Shown piece by piece: positions 7,832 to 14,793 of a stretch of 18,319 bases of DNA. The DNA is taken from NCBI GenBank assembly GCA_040902005.1, contig JBBDYA010000125.1:1-18319 (forward strand). Direction: 5' to 3'. A model generated the notes under the pieces. It saw nothing but the letters and a program-made list of their open reading frames with translations, was not told the DNA's origin and ran no database searches. A program made the translations under genes and the position numbers. The first letter of the stretch is position 1, and each line of letters starts with the position of its first letter. This DNA is from Gemmatimonadaceae bacterium (lineage in GTDB: Bacteria > Gemmatimonadota > Gemmatimonadetes > Gemmatimonadales > Gemmatimonadaceae).

Positions 7832-8923
7832 TTGACGTCGCCCCCCTCCCCCCCCTCGCCCAGCACCGCCCCGGAACGGACCGCCTGCAGCTTCTGCGGC
7901 CGGGACAACGCCTCGGCGGCGCAATTCTGTAGCGACTGCGGCAAGCCGCTCCAGGTGTCCGCGGCTCGCGTGCCGCCGACGTACTCGGCTGACCGTGTGT
8001 CTGCGAGCGCAATGCCATCGGGTCAGGTGACGACCGCGGGGGACAAGTGCCGCAAGTGCGGCAAGGGCGTGGGCCCCGAAGTGCCGTTCTGCGCGCACTG
8101 TGGAACCCGGATCGCCGACAAGATCGAGGAGGGGATGTGCCCGGGGTGCGGCGCGGGGTACGCGAAGGGATCCGATCTCTTCTGCGCCAAGTGTGGATAT
8201 CGCGTGGGAGAACGGGTGTCGCTCGTGACCAAGGCGGTTGGCGGAAACACCGCCGCGTTCGGGTCGGGAATGCGGCTCAGCGGCCCGCGCATCGCCGTCC
8301 TTGATGAGCGCGGCGAGCCGAACAAGGTGTTCATGCTGGACCGCGGCGAGGCGGTGATCGGCCGTGGCGAGGCAGACCTGAAGTTCGAGTATGACGTGTA
8401 CCTCTCGCCCCTGCACGCGCGCGTGGATCTGCGGGAGGGCTCGCTCTGGTTGCGCGACCTCGGATCGCGCAACGGCAGCTGGGTGTTCATCGATGAGCCG
8501 ACGAAGCTGGTGGACGCCGACCTGATCCTCATCGGCTCGCAGGTGCTGCGCTTTCGCCGGCTGGGCTACCCCGGCCCGCATCCGCCGGAGGCCGATTCCA
8601 CGCGCCGGATGGGCTCCGTCACGCCGCCAGTGGACGTCGCGGTGCTGGAACAGTTGCGCGCGGACGGCAGCGTGCGCGACGCGTTCCATCTCTCGCCGGG
8701 ACGCACCGCGATCCTGGGACGGGAATCCGGCGACTGGATTTTTCCGTACGATCAGACAATGAGCGGCCGGCACGCGGAAATCGTGTCGGAGGACATCGAG
8801 TTTTTCGTGCAGGACGCTGGCAGCCGAAACGGGGTGGCCATGTCGGTGCGTGGTGATCGCGAGTTGAAGAAGGGACAGCGGTTCCTGATGGGCGACCAGA
8901 TTCTTCGCGTGGAGAACATATGA
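7832..8923 (+). CDS. Zinc-ribbon (3 x CxxC-x10-CxxC) plus tandem FHA-domain protein, ~363 aa
   Basis: Cys pairs CSFC..CSDC, CRKC..CAHC and CPGC..CAKC. FHA1: IGR..LSPLHA..DLGSRNGSWV. FHA2: LGR..MSGRHA..DAGSRNGV. TTG start chosen from the RBS and promoter position. Confidence 0.88.
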   Translation: MTSPPSPPSPSTAPERTACSFCGRDNASAAQFCSDCGKPLQVSAARVPPTYSADRVSASAMPSGQVTTAGDKCRKCGKGVGPEVPFCAHCGTRIADKIEEGMCPGCGAGYAKGSDLFCAKCGYRVGERVSLVTKAVGGNTAAFGSGMRLSGPRIAVLDERGEPNKVFMLDRGEAVIGRGEADLKFEYDVYLSPLHARVDLREGSLWLRDLGSRNGSWVFIDEPTKLVDADLILIGSQVLRFRRLGYPGPHPPEADSTRRMGSVTPPVDVAVLEQLRADGSVRDAFHLSPGRTAILGRESGDWIFPYDQTMSGRHAEIVSEDIEFFVQDAGSRNGVAMSVRGDRELKKGQRFLMGDQILRVENI

Positions 8924-10503
8924 GCGCGATGAAGATCTGCCCGCAGTGCGGGACCGAATACGAACTGGACCAGCGTTTTTGTCCGAAGGACGGGTCCACG
9001 CTCAAGTCGCAGGCGAACGCGTCGGGCGATCTCCTGGGGCACATCATCGCCGACCGCTACAACGTGCTGAAGAAGCTCGGTGAGGGGGGCATGGGCACCG
9101 TGTACCTGGCCGAGCACATCAAGATGGGCCGCAAGAGCGCCGTGAAGGTGATGAACCCCGACATGGTGCACGACGCGGACGCGATCAGCCGGTTCAACCG
9201 CGAGGCCGCGAACGCCAGCCGGATCAACCATCCGAACGTCGCGGCCGTGTACGATTTCGGCGAGACGAGCGAGGGGCTCATCTACCTCGCCATGGAGTTC
9301 ATCGAGGGACCCTCGCTCACCAAGGTGATCGAGGATGCCGGCGCGCTGCCCCCGTCGCGCGCCGCGGAGATCACGCGCCAGGCGTCGGAGGCGCTGGCGG
9401 TCGCGCACGACATGGGCATCGTCCATCGCGACCTGAAGCCCGACAACATCATGCTGGCGAAGGGACGCGACGGCGAGGATGTCGTGAAGGTCGTGGACTT
9501 CGGCATCGCCAAGGCCGCGAACAACGAGGCGCAGAAGGTCACCAAGACCGGGCTCGTGGTGGGCACGCCGGAGTACATGAGCCCGGAGCAGCTGGCCGGG
9601 GACAAGCTGGACGGCCGCAGCGACACGTACTCACTGGGGCTGGTGGCATTCAACATGATGACGGGAAAGCTCCCCTTCCCGGCGGAAACCGTGCAGGAGT
9701 CGATGATCATGCGACTCATGGAGCGTCCGCGGCAACTGGCGGAGATGAAGGCCGACGTGGCGTGGACCGCCGAGGTGCAGGCGGTGCTGGACAAGGCGCT
9801 CGAGCGCAACGTCGCCGAACGGTATCAGACGGCCAGCGAGTTCGGGCGCGCGCTGTCGAAGGCCGTGGAGTCCATGCCGAGCGAGGAGCTGACGGACGCG
9901 TTCACGGCGGTGATGTCGCCGGTGAAGGCAGCGGCGACCGTCGCGGAGCCCAAGCCCGCGACGCCGGGCAAGGCGGTGCCACCCACCCGCGTGAACCCGG
10001 CGACGCCGCAGTCCGCGCCCGTCGTGCCCGCGGCAAAGAGCAGGACGAAGATGCTCGTCGCCGCCGGGATCATCCTGGTGGCGGTGATCGGCGGCGGCGC
10101 TGTTTGGACCAAGTTTATCGACGCGGCCGGGAACCCGAATGGCGTGGAGCAGGGCGACACGACGCAGCCGGTTACGCCCCGGTCCGCCACACCCGCGCTC
10201 TCGGCGTCAGAGCTTGCAGAGAAGTTCGCTGAGGTAGAGCGACTGACCGACATCGGACGCGGTGCTGACACCGCGACGGCGCGCGCAGCGATGCATAAGC
10301 TCGACAGCCTTGACGCGCTCGTCACCGCTGAACCGGACAAGGTTCGCATCAACATCATCCGCGCTGAGGCGAACCTGTTGCTCGAGGAGTTGACGCAGGC
10401 CTGTGGTATACTGCTGGATAATGAGGGCAGAACGAACCGAACCAGGGACTCGACACTCATCATGCGTCGAGCGACACTGTACTCCGCCGCCTGCACCCAG
10501 TGA
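8920..10503 (+). CDS. Membrane-anchored Hanks-type Ser/Thr protein kinase with N-terminal zinc ribbon, 527 aa
   Basis: CPQC..CPKDG, GEGGMGTVY, AVK, RFNREA, HRDLKPDN, DFG, GTPEYMSPE. Pro/Ala linker, TM (~10051-10107) and a ~130-aa extracytoplasmic tail. ATGA overlap with the upstream gene. Confidence 0.95.
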   Translation: MSAMKICPQCGTEYELDQRFCPKDGSTLKSQANASGDLLGHIIADRYNVLKKLGEGGMGTVYLAEHIKMGRKSAVKVMNPDMVHDADAISRFNREAANASRINHPNVAAVYDFGETSEGLIYLAMEFIEGPSLTKVIEDAGALPPSRAAEITRQASEALAVAHDMGIVHRDLKPDNIMLAKGRDGEDVVKVVDFGIAKAANNEAQKVTKTGLVVGTPEYMSPEQLAGDKLDGRSDTYSLGLVAFNMMTGKLPFPAETVQESMIMRLMERPRQLAEMKADVAWTAEVQAVLDKALERNVAERYQTASEFGRALSKAVESMPSEELTDAFTAVMSPVKAAATVAEPKPATPGKAVPPTRVNPATPQSAPVVPAAKSRTKMLVAAGIILVAVIGGGAVWTKFIDAAGNPNGVEQGDTTQPVTPRSATPALSASELAEKFAEVERLTDIGRGADTATARAAMHKLDSLDALVTAEPDKVRINIIRAEANLLLEELTQACGILLDNEGRTNRTRDSTLIMRRATLYSAACTQ

Positions 10504-10532
10504 CCTCAATTCCTTTCCGCTCTTCAGATCCC

Positions 10533-11777
10533 ATGTCCGATCCAACACGCGCTGAAGTCCTCGTCAACGTGTTCGGTCGCACGGACGTGGGTCGCACCCG
10601 CGAGCACAACGAAGATTGCTTCGTCGTGGCGGACCTGAGCACGAACGTCGCCTCGCTGCAGCCCAGCGTCCGCTCGCACCGGGTGGGTGAACGCGGCACC
10701 CTCTTCATGGTCGCCGACGGCATGGGCGGCGCCGCCGCGGGCGAGATCGCCAGCCAGATGGCCACCGACATCGTGCTCCGCGAGCTGCACGAGCAGTGGC
10801 TGCCCCTCCAGGAGCCGACGGGCGAGGCGTTCGCGCGCTGCCTCAAGCGCGCCGTGCAAAGCGCCAACCAGCAGATCCACCACTACGCCACCACGCACCA
10901 GGAATACCGCGGCATGGGCACCACCGCGACGATCGCGGGGGTCCTCGGCGACACGTTGTATCTCTGTCAGATCGGCGACTCGCGCGGCTACCTCGTGCGC
11001 GACGGAGAGGCCAAGCAGATCACGAAGGACCAGTCGCTGATGCAGAAGCTCATCGAGGCCGGCGAGCTCACGGAGGAGGAGGCCGCGCAGAGCGAGCGAC
11101 GCAACATCATCCTCCAGGCGCTCGGCCCCGAAGCCACGATCAAGGTGGACCTTACCTATCAGCAACTGCGCAAAGGTGACACGCTCGTGTTGTGCAGCGA
11201 CGGGCTCTCCGGACAGATCGTCCGTGACGACATCTCGCGCGTCGTGAGCGGGAACGAAGACCTGGTGCAGGCGTGCAAGAAGCTCATCGACCTGGCGAAC
11301 GAGGCGGGCGGACCGGACAACATCACGGTCATCATCGCGCGCTTCGACGGCGAAGGGCTGGACGCCGCCGGCGACGAGGACGACGTGGGACACCACGTGT
11401 TCTCGCTCAGCGACGGCTCGCAGTCTCCGCCGATCGCGATGGACCGCATCACCGAAGGACCCACGCAACCCCTGGTCGGCTCGCGTCGAACGGCCCCGCT
11501 GGCGGACGCGCAGGACGACGCGATCAACGACGCGCACGACGACGCGCAGTCCGGCACGCCCGACGCCGCCACCCTCGACAGCATCGACACCGCGCCGTTC
11601 AACGCGAAGCGCCGCTCCCGCGGCATGACCGTCGCCATCGCGCTGCTGGTGCTGCTCATCGCCTTCGGCGCGTGGTACGCCTGGCGCACCATGCAGAAGG
11701 TGGCTCCCGTCATCCCTGGCGCATCCGCCGATTCCGCAGCCGCGACGCCGCCCCCCCCCCCCGCAACCACGCCCTAG
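10533..11777 (+). CDS. PP2C/Stp1-family Ser/Thr phosphatase with C-terminal TM anchor
   Basis: TDVGRTREHNED, VADGMGG, GMGTT, IGDSRGY, LCSDGL, GGPDNIT. Acidic linker, then TM MTVAIALLVLLIAFGAWYAW. An alternative start is GTG 10500 (GTGA overlap with the kinase). Confidence 0.93.
   Translation: MSDPTRAEVLVNVFGRTDVGRTREHNEDCFVVADLSTNVASLQPSVRSHRVGERGTLFMVADGMGGAAAGEIASQMATDIVLRELHEQWLPLQEPTGEAFARCLKRAVQSANQQIHHYATTHQEYRGMGTTATIAGVLGDTLYLCQIGDSRGYLVRDGEAKQITKDQSLMQKLIEAGELTEEEAAQSERRNIILQALGPEATIKVDLTYQQLRKGDTLVLCSDGLSGQIVRDDISRVVSGNEDLVQACKKLIDLANEAGGPDNITVIIARFDGEGLDAAGDEDDVGHHVFSLSDGSQSPPIAMDRITEGPTQPLVGSRRTAPLADAQDDAINDAHDDAQSGTPDAATLDSIDTAPFNAKRRSRGMTVAIALLVLLIAFGAWYAWRTMQKVAPVIPGASADSAAATPPPPPATTP
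11505..11549 (+). repeat. Imperfect 12-nt coding tandem repeat (DAQD-DAIN-DAHD-DAQ) in the PP2C linker
   Basis: GACGCG recurs every 12 nt at 11505, 11517, 11529 and 11541. Confidence 0.65.
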
Positions 11778-11790
11778 GCACGAGGACACG

Positions 11791-13203
11791 ATGGCGCTCG
11801 TCATCAGGATTCTGAGCGGTGCGCGTGCGGGACAGCGGGACCGGTTCGAGAAGCCCAAGGTCGCCGTGGGGCGCCACGAGAGCGCCGACCTGCGCTTCGA
11901 TCCGGAGCGGGACATCGATGTCTCCGGACGGCACGCGGAGTTCCGCGTCTCCGGAAGCACCTACGTGCTGCACGACAATGCCAGCACCAACGGCACCTTC
12001 GTGAATGGCGAGCGCGTGCAGGGCAGCATCCCGCTGAAGGACATGGATCGCGTGCAGTTCGGCGCCAAGGGACCCGAAGTGGAGGTCCGCATCTCGGAAG
12101 TGCCCGCGATGCGTCCGTCGGGCACGATGGCTGGCCGCCCCTCGGGCCCGGTCAACGCACGGCCGTCCGGCCCGGTCAGGGCCCGGCCGTCGGGTCCCGT
12201 CGGCAAGCGCACCACCGAGGAGCGTGTCGCCATCGCCGTGAAAGAGCACACCAGGGGGCTCAAGCGCTTCCTGGTCGCGGCCGCCATCGTGATCGCGGCC
12301 GGCGTGGGCGGCGCGTACTACGTGGGGCAGCAGGCGTCGCAGCAGCAGGTGGAGCAGTTGCGGCAGCAGCTGGAGCGCAGCGACCGGCAGATCGGCATCA
12401 TCCAGAGCGGCATCCCGGGCGACACCGCGCTCATGAATGGAGCGCAGCGCCAGATCCAGCTGTTGCGCGACCGCCTCCCCGCCGCGCAGAACGACGCCGA
12501 GCGGGACACCATCCAGGCAGACATCGCGCATCTCGAGCGCCAGCTCGCGGACATGATCCGGATGGACCTGCCCGCGATCAACGCGCGCAACGCGCCGGCC
12601 GTCGCCGTGCTCGTGTCGGAGATCGGAGGCACGTCGTTCGCCGGTTCCGCGTTCGCGATCGCCGAATCGGGACTGATGCTGACGAACCGCCACAACGTGA
12701 GCGATGCGAATGGGCAGGGAGCCACCCGCATTGTCGTCAAGTTCCGCGACACGAGAGAATGGCTTCCCGCGTCGGTCGTGAAGGTGTCCAGTGATCCCGA
12801 CGTGGACCTCGCGCTGATCCGCGTGGAGGTGTCCGGCCGGACGTTCCCGGTGGTGGCGGGGATCCAGCGCGACGACAGGGGCGCGGGCGAGGGCGCGTCG
12901 CTGGCGACGATTGGCTTTCCGTTCGGCTACGAGACGGCGCAGGAGGGCGAAGGGAACGAGTTTCTCGCCAAGACCACGCTCAATGGCGGCACGGTGAGCA
13001 AGCGGACATCCACCGTACTCCAGCTGGACACCTTCGCCGGTCACGGCTCGAGCGGCAGCCCGGTGTTCAACGCGCGCGGGCTGGTGGTCGGCGTGATCTA
13101 CGGCGGACAGCGTGAGGCGGCAGGTCGCATTGTGTACGCGGTGCCGCCCGACAAGCTGGCGGCGTTCATTCCGCCCGAGTTGGGGTCGGTCATCAAGGAC
13201 TGA
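11791..13203 (+). CDS. FHA domain - TM - coiled coil - trypsin-like (S1) serine protease, 470 aa
   Basis: FHA: VGR..VSGRHA..STNGTFVNG. TM FLVAAAIVIAAGVGGAYYVG. Gln-rich coiled coil. Catalytic triad H (LTNRHNV), D (DVDLALI), S (GHGSSGSPV). No PDZ domain. Confidence 0.9.
   Translation: MALVIRILSGARAGQRDRFEKPKVAVGRHESADLRFDPERDIDVSGRHAEFRVSGSTYVLHDNASTNGTFVNGERVQGSIPLKDMDRVQFGAKGPEVEVRISEVPAMRPSGTMAGRPSGPVNARPSGPVRARPSGPVGKRTTEERVAIAVKEHTRGLKRFLVAAAIVIAAGVGGAYYVGQQASQQQVEQLRQQLERSDRQIGIIQSGIPGDTALMNGAQRQIQLLRDRLPAAQNDAERDTIQADIAHLERQLADMIRMDLPAINARNAPAVAVLVSEIGGTSFAGSAFAIAESGLMLTNRHNVSDANGQGATRIVVKFRDTREWLPASVVKVSSDPDVDLALIRVEVSGRTFPVVAGIQRDDRGAGEGASLATIGFPFGYETAQEGEGNEFLAKTTLNGGTVSKRTSTVLQLDTFAGHGSSGSPVFNARGLVVGVIYGGQREAAGRIVYAVPPDKLAAFIPPELGSVIKD
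12112..12201 (+). repeat. 24-nt-period coding repeat encoding 4 x RPSG(P/T)xxx
   Basis: RPSGTMAG-RPSGPVNA-RPSGPVRA-RPSGPV, with Arg codons at 12112, 12136, 12160 and 12184. Confidence 0.85.
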
Positions 13204-13210
13204 CGGGTCG

Positions 13211-13285
13211 CGGCCGCAGTTCTGTTCTCGGCCGCGCCTTCGGCGCGGGTCGGTTCTCTGCGGCGCGCTCCGCGCGCCGGTCGGC
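13211..13285 (+). repeat. 75-bp REP-like repeat, copy A (two GTTCTC-hairpin modules)
   Basis: 69/75 identical by hand alignment to the reverse complement of 13579-13653. Hairpins CCGCGCC-TTC-GGCGCGG and CGGCGCGC-TCC-GCGCGCCG. Confidence 0.9.
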
Positions 13286-13324
13286 CAGCACACCAGCAAA
13301 TTCCCGATTGCCTGGGAGGGGCTC

Positions 13325-13534
13325 ATGACACAATCAGGTCCGGTTTACGAGGGTGTTCCCCCCGTGCGCGAAAGCGTGTACATCCGGTCGAAGCAGGTCG
13401 TGAAGGCGGGCACGAGCTTTGGCAGCGCGCTCGCGATCGCGATTTCCTGGAGCGTGAACCAGTCGATCTTGTGGGCGATCATCCACGGGATCCTCTCCTG
13501 GGTGTACGTGATCTACTACGCGCTCACCCGGTAG
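13325..13534 (+). CDS. Small hydrophobic membrane protein of unknown function, 69 aa
   Basis: GGGAGG RBS before ATG 13325. Sequence MTQSG...KAGTSFGSALAIAISWSVNQSILWAIIHGILSWVYVIYYALTR has two hydrophobic segments and resembles a conserved hypothetical family as I recall it (unverified). Confidence 0.8.
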   Translation: MTQSGPVYEGVPPVRESVYIRSKQVVKAGTSFGSALAIAISWSVNQSILWAIIHGILSWVYVIYYALTR

Positions 13535-13578
13535 GGCAGGCATTTCGCCCCGGCAATCGAACCGGGCCCGGTGTGCAC

Positions 13579-13653
13579 GCCGACCGGCGCGCGGAGCGCG
13601 CCGCCGAGAACCGATCCGCGCCGCAGGCGCGGCCGAGAACAGCCCTACGGCCG
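13579..13653 (-). repeat. 75-bp REP-like repeat, copy B (inverted relative to A)
   Basis: Reverse complement of copy A with 6 mismatches. Starts 9 nt after the anmK stop. Confidence 0.9.
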
Positions 13654-13662
13654 AGGCCAGCA

Positions 13663-14793
13663 CTACCTGGGCGTCAGCTTCCCCAGTATCCTGGGCCCGC
13701 GGGCGCCCGTGGCCGAGGGCACATTCGCGGTCCGCTGCTCCACAAACAGCCTGGCCAGCAGCGCGAACGCCACCGCTTCCTTGGCCTCGCCGTCGAAGTA
13801 GACCTCGTCGAAGCGTCGAACCCGCAGGGGCACCAGGGACGCCGTGAGCATGTCCAGCAGCGCAAGGTTCTTTGCGCCTCCGCCGGAAACGAGCACCTCG
13901 GCCACCGGCTCGGGCATGAACCGCCGGTAGGCGTCACTGATGCTGCGCGCGGTGAGCGCCGTGGCGGTGGCGACGATGTCCTCATCCGTGCACGGCCGCT
14001 GCGCGGCGCGACAGCGTTGCACGAGCGACGCGACGTACTCCGCCGTGAACAGCTCGCGCCCGGTGGATTTGGGCGGCTCCGCGGCGAAATACGGGTGCGT
14101 CATCAGGTCGTTGACCGCCTCGTCCACGGGATTGCCCGCGCGCGCCAGCGCGCCATCGCGATCGAAGTGCAGCTCCGGGCGCAGCAGGCGCACCACGGCG
14201 TCGATCACGGCGCAGCCGGGGCCAGTGTCGAACGCGCGCACACCGGGAAGGGCGCCCCCCGGCGGCAGGACCGTCACATTGCCGATGCCGCCGATGTTCT
14301 GGAGCGCCCGCCAGTGGTCGCCGGAAAAGAGCATCGCGTCGGCGATGGGGACGAGCGGCGCGCCCTGCCCCCCCGCGGCTACGTCGCGCACGCGAAAGTC
14401 ACTCACGACGTCGATGCCCAGCCGCTCCGCGATCACCGCGCTCTCGCCGATCTGCCAGGTGGAGTGGGGCGGCTCGTGCCAGAGCGTCTGGCCGTGCGAA
14501 CCAACGGCCCGCACCTCACCCTTCGGCACGCCCGACTGCACGAGGACGCGCGTGGCTGCGTCGGCGAGCCACCCGCCGAGATCGAACGCCAGACGGCAAT
14601 ACTCGCGCGCGGTGCCGGCCGTGAGTGCGGCGCGGATGCGCTCGCGCTGCTCCGCGCTGTAGGCGAGCACCTCGAAATCGAGCAGCTCGAGCGAGTGATC
14701 CGTGAACCGGACGACACAGGCGGAGATCCCGTCGAGCGACGTGCCGGACATCAAGCCGACGTACGCTTCGCCGCGCGCGGGGGGCGTCGTCAT
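13663..14793 (-). CDS. anmK: Anhydro-N-acetylmuramic acid kinase, 376 aa
   Basis: VGLMSGTSLDG, GSHGQT, DFRVRDVAAGGQGAPLVP, NIGGIGN, AFDTGPG, PPKSTGRELF, KEAVAFALLA. The ATG overlaps the murQ TGA (ATGA at 14793-14790). Confidence 0.95.
   Translation of the reverse strand: MTTPPARGEAYVGLMSGTSLDGISACVVRFTDHSLELLDFEVLAYSAEQRERIRAALTAGTAREYCRLAFDLGGWLADAATRVLVQSGVPKGEVRAVGSHGQTLWHEPPHSTWQIGESAVIAERLGIDVVSDFRVRDVAAGGQGAPLVPIADAMLFSGDHWRALQNIGGIGNVTVLPPGGALPGVRAFDTGPGCAVIDAVVRLLRPELHFDRDGALARAGNPVDEAVNDLMTHPYFAAEPPKSTGRELFTAEYVASLVQRCRAAQRPCTDEDIVATATALTARSISDAYRRFMPEPVAEVLVSGGGAKNLALLDMLTASLVPLRVRRFDEVYFDGEAKEAVAFALLARLFVEQRTANVPSATGARGPRILGKLTPR

Noticed and set aside
12112..12201. 24-nt periodic repeat as a CRISPR array
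   Set aside because: In-frame coding repeat with synonymous variation, no unique spacers and no cas genes.
7832..13203. Kinase/PP2C/FHA genes as a type VI secretion locus or a PknB cell-division operon
   Set aside because: No tss, vgrG or hcp genes, no PASTA repeats, and no rodA/pbpA in the window.
13211..13653. Inverted repeats as the ends of an autonomous IS or as classical intrinsic terminators
   Set aside because: No transposase between them, no target duplication seen, and no U-tract after the hairpins.
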